Below are positions 40,222 through 51,940 of a DNA stretch of 64,000 nt, piece after piece. Made by a program: the position numbers and the translations under genes. Below the pieces are notes generated by a model that was given only the letters and a program-made list of their open reading frames with translations, had not been told where the DNA came from and made no database searches. The stretch spans positions 10,025 to 74,024 of the forward strand of contig NW_021836303.1 of assembly GCF_006345805.1 (NCBI RefSeq). The letters run 5' to 3'. Positions within the stretch are counted from its first letter, which is position 1; each line of letters begins with the position of its first letter. Source of the stretch: Octopus sinensis. Taxonomy: Eukaryota.

Positions 40222-40805
40222 AGGCGGGCGAGCTGGCAGAAACGTTAGCACGCCAGGCGAAATGCATAGTCGTATTTCGTCTGCCGCTACGTTCTGAGTT
40301 CAAATTCCGCCGAGTCGACTTTACCTTTCACCTTTCGGGGTCGATATGAACGACTTAATCCGTTTGTCTGTTCTTGTTTGTCCCCTCTGTGTTTAGCCCC
40401 TTGTGGGTAGTAAAGAAATAGGTATTTCGTCTGCCACTACGTTCTGAGTTCAAATTCCGCCGAGGTCGACTTTACCTTTCATCCTTTCGGGGTCGATAAA
40501 TTAAGTACCAGTTACGCACTGGGGTCAATGTAATCGACTTAATCCGTTTGTCTGTCCTTGTTTGTCCCCTCTGTGTGTAGCCTCTTGAGGGCAATAAAGA
40601 AATAAGGAACGTTAGCACGCTGGGCGAAATGCTTAGCGGTATTTCGTCTGTCTTTATGTTCTGAGTTTAAATTCCGCCGAGGTCGACTTTGCTTTTCATT
40701 CTTTCGGGGTCGATAAATTAAGTACCAGTTGCGTACTGGGGTCGATCTAGTCGACTGGCTCCCTCCCCAAAAATTTCGGGCCTTGTGCCTAGATTAGAAA
40801 AGAAT
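40222..40805 (+). mobile_element. Head-to-tail trimer of family A SINEs
   Basis: Monomer 1, then aaagaaata|ggtatttcgtctg (truncated monomer 2), then aaagaaata|aggaacgttagc (monomer 3 with the alternative tail). Confidence 0.85.
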
Positions 40806-40814
40806 ATTTCCTTC

Positions 40815-41045
40815 GCGAGCCATGCCAATTTCACGAGGTCCGGTTTCCCAGTTTCAATGACGTATAAATCCCCCACCTGGACTGGACACTTGTTCGTTGT
40901 AGGATTATTCATTATTGCCAGCTGAGTGGACTGGAGCAACCTGAAGTGAAATGCTTTGCTTAAGAACACATCACATGGCCGGTTCAGGGATTGAAACCCC
41001 AATCGAAACCCAATACCCCTAACCACTAAACCACGCGCCTCCAAT
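40815..41045 (-). mobile_element. SINE, head H2 with tail T2
   Basis: ggtccggtttcccagtttc..gccagctgagtggactggagcaac..aaccactaaaccacgcgcctcc. Confidence 0.7.
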
Positions 41046-41229
41046 TAATGCCCTAGTAATCTTATATTCTAATAGTCCAGTGTGTTAATTGTTAATATTC
41101 TGTTATTCCTATATTCCATATGTAGTAATTCATCAATCCGCTACTCTTCCAACAATATATTCGAATATTATGATACTTCATTTGTCTTAAGTTTCAGTTT
41201 TCTAATATTCTAGTATTTCAAGACATTAG

Positions 41230-41630
41230 AATTGTAAAATGGTATTTTGTTCCATCATTCAATTTTCCATCACATAATGTTCCATCATTTAATATCCGTC
41301 ACTCAATGTTCTGTCTCTCACTTTTCCATCAATGAGTGTTCCATCACTCAATTTTCCACCACTCAAATGACGCACGTCACGCAATATTTTTTCGTCATTG
41401 AATGTACATCACTCCACGTTCCATCATTCAATATTGCATCACTCACTGTTCAATCAATCAATGTTCCATCAATCATATGTCCATCACTCATTATTCCGTC
41501 ACTGAAAGTTCCATCACTCTACGTTCCATCACTCTAAGTTCCATCACTCTACGTTCCATCATTCAATATTTCATTACTGTTCAATCACTCACAATTCCAT
41601 CACTCATATGTACATCACACATTATTCCAA
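41230..41630. repeat. Degenerate cryptic repeat of (G)TTCCATCA(C/T)T units
   Basis: About 15 imperfect ttccatca units. Confidence 0.75.
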
Positions 41631-42571
41631 ATATTATTAGGGTAGTGTGTGGATGTCTCTGACAAGAGCGAGAGAAGTAGTGCTGTGAGGATGACTTTGT
41701 ACATGTTTCTGATATAAGCAGTAGAAATAATCTTGTTAAGCTGACGATATAGATGTATTTGTGACTAAGATGAGTTGTAGATAGTAATGCTAACATGGCA
41801 TTATACCAGAATCTGTCCCGAGAAGAGATAATATTGCTGTAATTGTTTTATAATGTATGTGGGATATGTGGGAGAGATAATGATGTTAGAATAGCGTTAT
41901 AGATGATTGACACGAGCAGGAACGATAACATTGTTCAGATGGTCTAGAGGAAGAGATTTGTATTGAGATGATGTTGCGTATATATCTGAAACGAGTGGGA
42001 AAAATTGCGTTGTTACGATGGTGTCTTTGATGTGTATGATATGAGCAGAAAAGATACTGCTGTTTGAATTGTATCGATGTTTCTGACCTGAGTAGGGGAC
42101 ATAGTGATCTTAGGATGGTTCTAGGGTTTGTGTAGATGTGTGTGGAGCTTGGATTACATTATCTGTTTTTTTTTATTAGGAAACTAAAGTCTGATTTGAG
42201 GGAAATTTGACTGTTATTTCTTACACATCAAATAACCACGTTGAAATTCATTCAGTAGTTCTGTTGTGTTGTAATGATGAGTACAAAACTACTCCAGATC
42301 GAGAAGTTCTATGAAGCATTACCAATTTTTGCAAAACTAAGAAACAGTAAATCACTATGGACAGTGCTTGGTCTTGAAATTCAATAAAACGACCTCTTAC
42401 GACGAACAGTTCCTATAGGTAGTGGGATGAGGCATTACAGTGCAGATATGGCCATACACAGGGAACCATGTTACTTGGAGGCGGCACTATTGACACGCTT
42501 AATGAGAGGGTGAACATAACAAACGTCAATTCGGCTTTATTGTGAATAAAAATTTGCTATATAAACTGGCT

Positions 42572-42850
42572 GTGGAGGAACATGGCCTAGTGATTAGAGC
42601 AGCGGACTCGCGGTCGAGGGATCGTGGGTTCGAAACCCAGACCGGGCAATGTGTGTGCTTATGAGCGAAACACCTAAGCTCCACGCAGCTCCGGCAGAAG
42701 GTAATGGTGAACTACTGCTGACTCTTTTGCCACAACGTTCTCTCACTCTTTCATTCTGCATCTTGCAGCTCACCTGCGACGGACCGACGTCGCGTCCAGG
42801 CTGGGAACATATACGCGAAGGAAACCGGGAAGCCGGCGCTATGAGCCAGG
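42572..42850 (+). mobile_element. SINE, head H1 with tail T2
   Basis: H1-like head; tail ggaaaccgggaagccggcgctatgagccagg. Confidence 0.75.
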
Positions 42851-43074
42851 CGTGGATCGAGAAGGAACAAACATATAAACTGACTGGGACACCGGTTGAC
42901 ATTCGTGAGAGGCTAATACCACACCGTATGCTTCTTAATGTGAGTAGTTATCTTTAGTTACTAAGTTCCTATGCACAAAATTTTGATATCACGTAATAAG
43001 GATAAAGACCGAAATTACCAGACTTCAGATCGTGTTCTGAGTAAGACACCAAATCAATACAAAAGGGTTTCTAA

Positions 43075-44012
43075 TGAACAATTCGCCATTTATTTTTCAG
43101 GACACGTACGGCAGACTGAACCTCACTCCAAAAAGCTCACCATTTCTGTTAAAGAATATGCAATAACAAATTTCCCAGAGTTGCTCTTATTGATTTGCCA
43201 GTATCATTCAGGGGTCTGCTATCTACCAATTCTACTATGGCTTTCATGAAACCAGCTTTGATTTTAGCTTTTAATGCTGCAGTTGGCAGGAAAACGAAAA
43301 TCTGCAATCGAATGATTGGTGAGAAGGATCTTGGAAAAATATAATGGCAATGTCATCAAGATTTATTCTCTGTATAAGGAACATATTATTATTACCATTA
43401 CCATCTTATCATTACATATTACCATCACATATTATCATTATCATTACTAGCAGGAGAAGAAATACAAGTCCTCAAAGGTGTAACCAGACTTAAAAAGTAG
43501 CATCTGTTGTTAGCCATGTTGTAGTCATGCAGGTAGTCTGTCATAGACACTTTACTCACTATTGCAATGAGTGACACTGATTGCATTGTAGGTCATCATA
43601 AGATATTAGCACGACGCTCAAGAAACACTAATCGTCAGAGACTTAAATACTGCAGACTTGGACAATCTTGATATGCGTAAGGGCTGTGGCTGCCCCTCCT
43701 TGTTATCAAACTGAAAGATGGAAGAATATCACTCATGTTGTGAGCAGCTATGGATGAGAAATTCTCCTCCTTAAGCTCCAGACATTGTAATGTTACTGTT
43801 GAAACCATTGGCTTCAAGGCTAAAATCAAAGCTGGTTTTATGAAAGCTATAGTAGAATTGGTAGAGGGTAGACTTCTGAATGATATTGGATAATCAATCA
43901 GAGCAACTCTGGGAAGTTTGTTATTGCATATTCTTTAACAGAAATGGTGAGCTTTTCAGAGTGAGTTTCAGTCTGCCGTACATGTCCTGAAAAATAAATG
44001 GCGAATTGTTCA
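43075..44012. repeat. Long inverted repeat: 194-bp arms (43075-43268, 43819-44012) around a 550-bp spacer
   Basis: Manual alignment gives 16 differences in 194 bp with no indels. Confidence 0.92.
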
Positions 44013-44129
44013 GATGCGTGCAGACAGGTTTAACATGATATGAGCAATTTCTTCAATGCATTTCATTGTAGACTATACAACATCTCAGTTGTGGGGTCCG
44101 AAGGACGTGGCAATGCTTGTGGGCTTTGT

Positions 44130-44500
44130 AGGTCCTCCTAAATCGACTAGACTGATATCATTGATGCTTTTCAGGAATCTTGTAAGTGAACACCTGACGA
44201 AATGATATGAACTGAGATGGAGTGCCAAAGGGTTAATGTTCGGTGACGGAAGGACTGGGTGTTGTAATTATCACGGGGCCTGGTGGGGATGGGGGAATAG
44301 GGATTAGACACAAACGGGGTGATTGAACGAGGAGAGACGACGGATCAAGAATGCATGAGATGAGGTATCATGAATCAGAGTCAATTCCGAGGTACAGAGG
44401 CCATTATAGTAGCGGTAGAAAAGGAAGCATGAAAAGGCGGTGAATCTGTGGCTCAGAGGCTTGGACGTGTTCTATCGTATCGTATGACATAGGGTATTAT
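44130..44500 (-). mobile_element. CR1/L2-group LINE ORF2 3' end, degenerate
   Basis: SHRFTAFSCFLFYRYYNGLCTSEL...HPVCV and NTQSFRHRTLTLWHSIS fit the L.HRR...LFYRYY.G.CS.EL...SF..RT..LWNSLP terminus. Confidence 0.65.
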
Positions 44501-44963
44501 CGAAATATCCAGCTTTATTTCATAACGTTAAGGAAATAAATACAGTATGACATACGCGGTTTGTATTGCAGTATGGATGGAGTAATAGCGAATTATTCAG
44601 TAGCATAGTATAGTATAGAGTATGGCGTGTGTTTAGGCTGAAGCATACATCAGTGTATTGTATATTAATGTAGAATGACATAGGAGAATGTTGAAGAGTA
44701 ACGCAGTAAAACTTGGTATAATCTAATGTTTGGTGTAGCTCCAATATTGTCACGTTCGCAGCGGACTTTGAAGCTATTCCTGAAGATCATATTTAATTGA
44801 AATATTCTATTTCCGTTTTACAGTCTTCTTTCCATACGCAGGAAGTTAACCTAGCTGGCAAAGCTTGGAGAAAGAGGAACAAAAACAAACCACATTGCCA
44901 AAATGCTGTTATTGTTGCTATTGCATTTGTAGTAGTATTAGTAGTATCAGTAGTAGTAGTGTA

Positions 44964-44999
<36 letters not shown>

Positions 45000-46397
45000 G
45001 TAGTAGTAGCTGTTGTTGGTGTTTGCTTTTGTTTTTTGCTGTTCTTGTTATTATCGTTGCTTCTAATATTGGTGTTCTTACTCGTTATTTTTCTCATGAA
45101 TACTTTCATATTTATAACTTTATATCAAGGTAGGATGTTTTTGTTTTCTGGTTTTTAACACCTAGAATTATACTTATGTATGTGAACTTCACATGTGCTT
45201 CTGTTTTATTTTCATTTTTCGTTTTCAACATTCGCTTGGCTTGTTGCAAATTGCGACGTTCTCAGAAAGAAAAAGGCAACGAAGAATGCGAATCTATTTG
45301 GTTTGGTTTTAATTTGGGAAGAAAAAGCAATGCTTTTGAACATTTTACAGGGCCTTCGGAGATCGAGGTGATGGTGGGGGGGTAGAAGGTGAAAAATTAT
45401 TCCCAGATTAAAGACCTGGTCCGAATCCTTTCCACAAAACGAGCCCTGTTTTGTTGCAAGTACCCGAGAGCCACATTGTAATTGTTACATCAGGTAATGG
45501 AATAAGTCTAACCATAAAGAACAGGAAAGTTACCCCCCACTCACCACCTTATGACGAGCCTCCATCCAGTAATCCTATACCCAATTCAATCACAATACTT
45601 CAGTAAAAATTTAAAAAAACTATTGTAGAAAACACTTGCTCTAGGTACCGGGCAGTGAAATCGAACCGCGAACCATGTTATTGCAAAACAAACTTTCCTA
45701 ACTGCACGATCACGACAGTAATTGTTACTAGAAAATAAAATAGGTAAGGGCAAGGTGGTAACTGCGAAGAATATTTTATTACGTTGAATAAATATATGTT
45801 ACATTGAATCCATACGTATTTTCTTAACGATTATTTTTCATAGATATATAATATATTTTCTTGTTTTTCTTTGTTAATTTACCATCTATGTCAGAGTACT
45901 TTCTGGCCATCTTGAAGTGTTATTAACATACTGTTTGCTTAAATATTTTGTTTTTGTTTACAAATATATTAATGGTACGCATTAAACCAAATTCTTATTT
46001 ACATCGAAAAAATGAAAATGGCGTAAAGGAGAAAAAAAAAAACGCAATGAAGAAATAAAAACGAAAAATAGGTTTTTGAGGAATTCTATTGATTGACGAA
46101 GTTCCTAAAAGAATTTCTGTTATTGTGGTTGTTGGTGTTGTCTTGTAAACAACGAACATATATCAGAATTGGTAAACAACTTTGATAAACAGGATAATAT
46201 GTAATTTTGCTAATTCGGTAAGGTTTACTATTAATGAGAGAGTGAGAAAGGTGGAGAGAACGAGAAAGGAGAACTCGTGATTTTATTCCGTGATTGACGC
46301 CATTGTAGAACTGACTTTCATTTTACTTCAAAAGCAAGATATGCTTCAACCCTGACTAGTTGCAGATCATTTGCAAAGCTTATGAAAGAGACATTTT

Positions 46398-46550
46398 GCG
46401 TATTGCTCATATATATACATATGAGTTACGTAAAACATGTTCAGATTAGCTTGGAAACATATGTAGTACGGAATTATCTTCTTCTTTTCTAATACACTGT
46501 ATTTGTATTATCATATGATTGGACATCACACACCTCTTCCAAGTAAGATT

Positions 46551-46622
<72 letters not shown>

Positions 46623-46723
46623 CGTATTGCTCTTATATACATATGAGTTACGTAAAACATGTTCAGATTAGCTTGGAAACATATGTAGTACGGAATTATC
46701 TTCTTCTTTTCTAATACACTGTA
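46398..46723. repeat. ~100-bp direct duplication separated by (TA)n
   Basis: gcgtattgctc.tatatacatatgagttacg..ctaatacactgta at about 46398 and 46622. Confidence 0.9.
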
Positions 46724-46782
46724 ATTCGTTTATAAATATATGAGAACATATATATATATATGTATGTGTGCATGTATGTACA

Positions 46783-46950
46783 CATTTCTCTCCTTGTTTC
46801 TCTCCTTCTTCTTTTCTGTGTCCCTTTCTGTAGAAGAGCGTAGGCTCGAAACGTAAAAGACTTTTTCTATTCCTGAGCGTTATACTAATACATCTGTGTG
46901 TTTTGTACATCACCTGTCTTCGCCTTTTGTTTTTTTCGTAAACTCTCCCT
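46783..46950 (+). mobile_element. Short repeat family E carrying a hammerhead-like motif (46824-46859)
   Basis: Hammerhead-like motif identical to 20691-20726; lies between microsatellites. Confidence 0.7.
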
Positions 46951-48748
46951 ATGTATATATATATATATATATAATATATATATATACATATAAAAATACA
47001 TATACATACATACATATACATACATACATACATACATACATACATACATACATACATACATACATACATACATACATACATACATACATACATACATACA
47101 TACATACATACATACATACATAGACACACACACAAACATAAATAAGGAGATACTTCTGCAAAATACATGAGTATTTTGGACTTAACAATGTAAACAAGTT
47201 TTGTGAAATAGCTAATAACTAAATCTCTCTCCACAATTGTACTTAAGTATGCTAGAAAAATCCTCCAGAAATAAGGGAACTGAACACTTGATGAGAGTTT
47301 CCACTCATAATTTAACCTTATATATGCTCAGTTATCTTCAAGAATACTCTAATTTGCAAAATGCTAAAATAATCTATGGATTTCACATGAGATTAATATT
47401 CATAACATAATATACTTATGATAAACGTCCAATCAAAAAACCCTGCACGATTTATAAGTAAACAGACCTTTGTCAATATTTAGATCCTTCACAGCTTCGA
47501 ACTCGCAATGGTATAGAAGCAACGTTGCATCAGGTGTGATCCGTATGTTACTCATGATAGTAATAATTTGTAAGTGGTTTCATGGATTTCTTGGTAACGA
47601 TTTGTCAATATAAATGTTATTTGTGTAAAATATAATATTTCACTGCTGTGTATTACGCGTGAGAGTAACGACAGAGAGTAAAGATTGATGTTGAAAGGTT
47701 AATTTGGTTAAGAGTTATATGGTTAAGAGTTAAGAGTTAAGGAGTGGTGTGATAGGGTATGAGACCAAGATGGTTGAGTAAAGGAAGAGAAGGTTTACGA
47801 AGCTGGATAAGAAGGTAGATGGATTCACTACATCAAAGGTAGCATATGGAACCACATATGAGACGAGCACGATGTATAACTCAAAGAACTACAGCGATTT
47901 ATTACTACGAAGATGGATTACAGTGTCATGTGGTAAACAGATGTAAGCAGAACGGGGGGTTAAAAATAATAACTAAATAATTAAACATACGTACATTTTT
48001 TATAACTATTAACGTAGTGTCGCTCAGACAAATCTCGACAGAATGTTTAAGAATGATTCTTGTCCGAGCATTGCTTGTATATAATAAACCTTTACATAAA
48101 TAAATAACGTGAAATACACGAAGGGACGAACAAAAAGACAAACGGGTCATTCAAAGCCTTCATTCTTCAGTCAGAAACTGATCCCTCATCGCAGATTTCG
48201 GCTGTTTAATTCTGAGATCCGCTCTGAATCAGCCAGCCACAGAAAGAAAGAATGCAACGCAACAGAGACGAACAAGAAACGAAAAATCTTTTTTGGAGAC
48301 AGTAACGGTTAAAAACATGGATGACACAGGCGCCCTACGGCTTTGAGACAAAAAGAGAGACACAAAAACAATATCAGCAAGCGTGGAAAAATAATTACCT
48401 TTTCGGTGATAAGACACATGTTGAACATTGCTTGTAAATCTTTGGGACTTTGGAACTGCTAAATTTACTTGACACGTATCCTAGACGTTGTGACACTAAA
48501 GGTAAATTTAGGGTGGTGTTAGGGACACATAAACGACATACATTCATACACAGACACACATACACATACACTCATATACATACTTACACACACGCACTTA
48601 TATATGTATATAAGTATACATTTATTTGCAGTCCTATATAAACACTCATCTATATTTCCTCAGAATTTAACTTCAAAATATTAAAGGAAAAACGAAAATG
48701 ACAGCGTGAGTTGGCGAAATCATATTAAATAGCACTAAAACATATTAC

Positions 48749-48831
48749 CTTGCATGAACTTGTAGTTTGGGATATAGAACGAATGCACTCTTTGCCAAAT
48801 TAGAAGTCAACAGTATAAATAGCACAGAACA
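48749..48831 (-). other. Candidate 83-nt internal exon
   Basis: Minus strand: ttcttcaattagtttacag acceptor, open frame CSVLFILLTSNLAKSAFVLYPKLQVHA, AAG|GTAAT donor; a second AAG|GTAAT donor ends at 48399; no homology recognised. Confidence 0.2.
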
Positions 48832-49041
48832 CTGTAAACTAATTGAAGAATTAAAACAAGCTCATTGCAAATCCACGTTATCATTGTTATTGTTTTTCTA
48901 TCCTATAAAAAAATATAACCTGTTTCGCTGCCTAGACCGCAAACAACTTAATAAAACATGTTCACAGAGCGAGAAAATATTTCAGTTCTGATCGGTGTCT
49001 CACTAACTACTAAGCTGAAATGAGACCCATTTTGGACTACG

Positions 49042-49273
49042 TATTACTTTACTACCCACAAGGGGCTAAACACAGAGGGGATAAACAAGGACAGACAAAC
49101 GGATTAAGTCGATTATATCGACCCCAGTGCGTAACTGGTACTTATTTAATCGACCCCGAAACTATGAAAGGCAAAGTCAACCTCGGCGGAATTTGAACTC
49201 AGAACCTAGCGGCAGACGAAATACCGCTAAGCATTTCACCGAGCGTTCTAACGTTTCTGCCAGCTCGCCACCT
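49042..49273 (-). mobile_element. Full-length SINE family A
   Basis: Reverse complement of the 16059 type. Confidence 0.85.
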
Positions 49274-49845
49274 TCCAATTTTGGGCTACCTTCTTCATTT
49301 ACATGTACCTCTGCTCCACAACTTTGTATTCTTGTCAACTCCAAAAAGACAACTATCTTTTATTGGCAATAATACACTCTCTAAACACAACAGCTAACCT
49401 CTTGTTTCTTTATTATAACCTTCTCTCCATCCCTGAACTAGCTCGCTTCACAAACTATTCCCTCAGGTTAACTCGGACCAGTCATGTTTGATTTTTCGCT
49501 TCTGTGTGTCACATCCTCGATCTCTTAATGAATAATTTGTACAACCAATGTTCTTCAGAATTACAACAGCTTAGTATTCTTACCGTGTTCAATTGTCCTA
49601 TTCCGATGTTGACTTCTTAGTGTTGAGGCTAAGAATCAGTGGTATCAATTATTTGCAGATTGGTTCAGGAATGCCTTCTTATGTAGAAATATTTTATATC
49701 TGTAACATTTAGATTTAATCTTTCATATGTTCTCTCACTCATTAGAAAAAGACATCGCATAACAACACACAGACACACACACAGACACACACATACACAC
49801 ACAGACACACACACACACACAGACACAGACACACACAGACACACA

Positions 49846-49895
<50 letters not shown>

Positions 49896-49956
49896 GGAGC
49901 TCTGAGCGGTTCTGTCTCACCTTGAGAGAAATTTCTCCATCCCTTCTATTTCTAAC

Positions 49957-50505
49957 CTAGATTCATAAGGATCTGAATAGAGTGATACTTATTTATCTCT
50001 CTGCCTCTTACTCTGAAAACAATCGTATATGGCAGTACCAACAGTTGCCAATCAAATGTTACACGTATGCGTCTAGATTAAAAAAAATTTCATTAATTTT
50101 GAACAATGTTTCGGTTAACTTGACTATGCTTGTTCATTTATTTCAGAATGCTTACACTGAGTTTTTGCTAACAGAATACAGCACCGTTACGATATAGTGT
50201 ACGAGTGGAGTGCTATCTAATCTTAAGGGGAAAAACATTTGTTCAAGACATGGAAAAACGATGCCAAAAATGTAATAAATCTTTAGGAGTTTTAGGAGAA
50301 TTTTAACGTTTACAATGCGTTGAAAATATTTATAATGCAGTCGTGTGGTAATGGAAAGCGGGGTTTTTAGAAAATTATAATTCTTCAACATGTAGAGTAA
50401 ATTTTGAAGATCTGAGGTCACGTTTAGAGAAATCATTAGAGTTTGTCAATCACCTTTCTATGGGATAAAATAAGTATCAATCTATTCAGATCCTTATGAA
50501 TCTAG
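49957..50505. mobile_element. ~550-bp non-autonomous DNA transposon with ~38-bp TIRs
   Basis: ctagattcataaggatctgaatagagtgatacttattt ... aaataagtatcaatctattcagatccttatgaatctag; ends compatible with a TA or CTAG target. Confidence 0.75.
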
Positions 50506-50887
50506 CATTTTTGAAAGACTAGGCTTCAAAAAGATACGTTACTTGTATTTATACATTCGAACAAATTGTTCTTGCAGCAGCTATTACTTTTAGTTACCGA
50601 CATTTGTCACAAGACACGCATTCTCTCTCGCTCACGCACTAACACACACACACACACACACATACACACACATGCACATATACATACACACACTCATATA
50701 TATATATATACATACAAATATATATATATGAAGTTTTCTAATATTACAGAGTGTGTATGAACATCATAGTTAGATACCTAGCTCCTGATAATGTAATACT
50801 ATTATGTAATATATGAGAGTCTTTTTGGGAGTTTGTTTGTATAGGTTGAGAACTTGGGTTTGTGTATGTGTTTATTTGGCAGGCTTA

Positions 50888-51272
50888 TCTCTCTCTATAT
50901 AAACGGCAGTTAGTCTGTGCGTGTTTCTGTGTGTCTGTTTGCTTGTACCCTCACCCTGACCACGGCTTTCAACCGATTCTGATGAAACTTGACACACACA
51001 TAGCCCAATGTCATAATTCAAAACTAACGCAGCGAAAATTTTGAAAAGTTCCCCCAGTTCTGAAAAAAGTCGATAAATTCGACATGGGGTCGAGAATCAG
51101 GAACACAAACCACAAACTGTGTAGGGGACGCAACTCCACCTTTTTTAACTATCAAAAAAAAATTTACCATCATTTTTTTCCATTTTTTTGCTATTTTTTG
51201 GCTATAACTCTCTAAAAATGCTTTATAGTTATTTCCCTTACAAACCTGAGCAACGCCGGGCGATACTGCTAG
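50888..51272 (+). mobile_element. Non-autonomous Helitron (DINE-like), 385 bp
   Basis: Sits between A and T; 5' TC(TCTCTATATAAACGG); accgattctgatgaaactt motif; 3' GC-rich hairpin-like cctgagcaacgccggg then CTAG. Confidence 0.8.
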
Positions 51273-51540
51273 TATATTGTAAATTTGGTGTATCTTTGTA
51301 CTCTTAGGCTTTATTAACATACCTTTTCATTTACTCACATTTGGCTCTATAAATATTAGCAGCCTTATATATTTAGTCTGTATTTATAGTCTTCTGAATT
51401 TGTTCATTATGTTATTCATCTATTCTTCTTTTTTTACTCATTATCTACAGGTATAGATTTACATAATATTAGCCTGTATACTAAGTTTATATTAGTACTT
51501 TCTTTAATATATATCTTCACTTTATTTATGTTGTTTATTT

Positions 51541-51940
51541 AGCGCAGGAGTGGCTGTGTGGTAAGTAGCTTGCTAACCAACCACATGGTTCCGGGTTCAG
51601 TCCCACTGCGTGGCATCTTGGGCAAGTGTCTTCTACTATAGCCCCGGGCCGACCAATGCCTTGTGAGTGGATTTGGTAGACGGAAACTGAAAGAAGCCTG
51701 TCGTATATATGTATATATATATAAGTGTGTGTGTATATGTTTGTGTGTCTGTATTTGTCCCCCCTAGCATTGCTTGACAACCGATGCTGGTGTGTTTACG
51801 TCCCCGTCACTTAGCGGTTCGGCAAAAAGAGACCGATAGAATAAGTACTGGGCTTACAAAGAATAAATCCCGGGGTCGATTTGGTCGACTAAAGGCGGTG
51901 CTCCAGCATGGCCGCAGTCAAATGACTGAAACAAGTAAAA
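51541..51940 (+). mobile_element. Full-length SINE family D
   Basis: tRNA-like head (gtggctgtgtggtaag..gggttcagtccc), cttgggcaagtgtctt CORE-like segment, internal (TA)/(TG), tail gactgaaacaagtaaaa. Confidence 0.88.

Noticed and set aside
41640-42160. Possible degenerate retroelement ORF N-terminus on the minus strand; similar weak RTE-like traces at 47690-47930
   Set aside because: Resemblance too weak and fragmented to call by eye
45407-45493. Plus-strand candidate exon (LKTWSESFPQNEPCF..., CAG|GTAAT donor)
   Set aside because: Weak acceptor, no partner exons, no homology recognised
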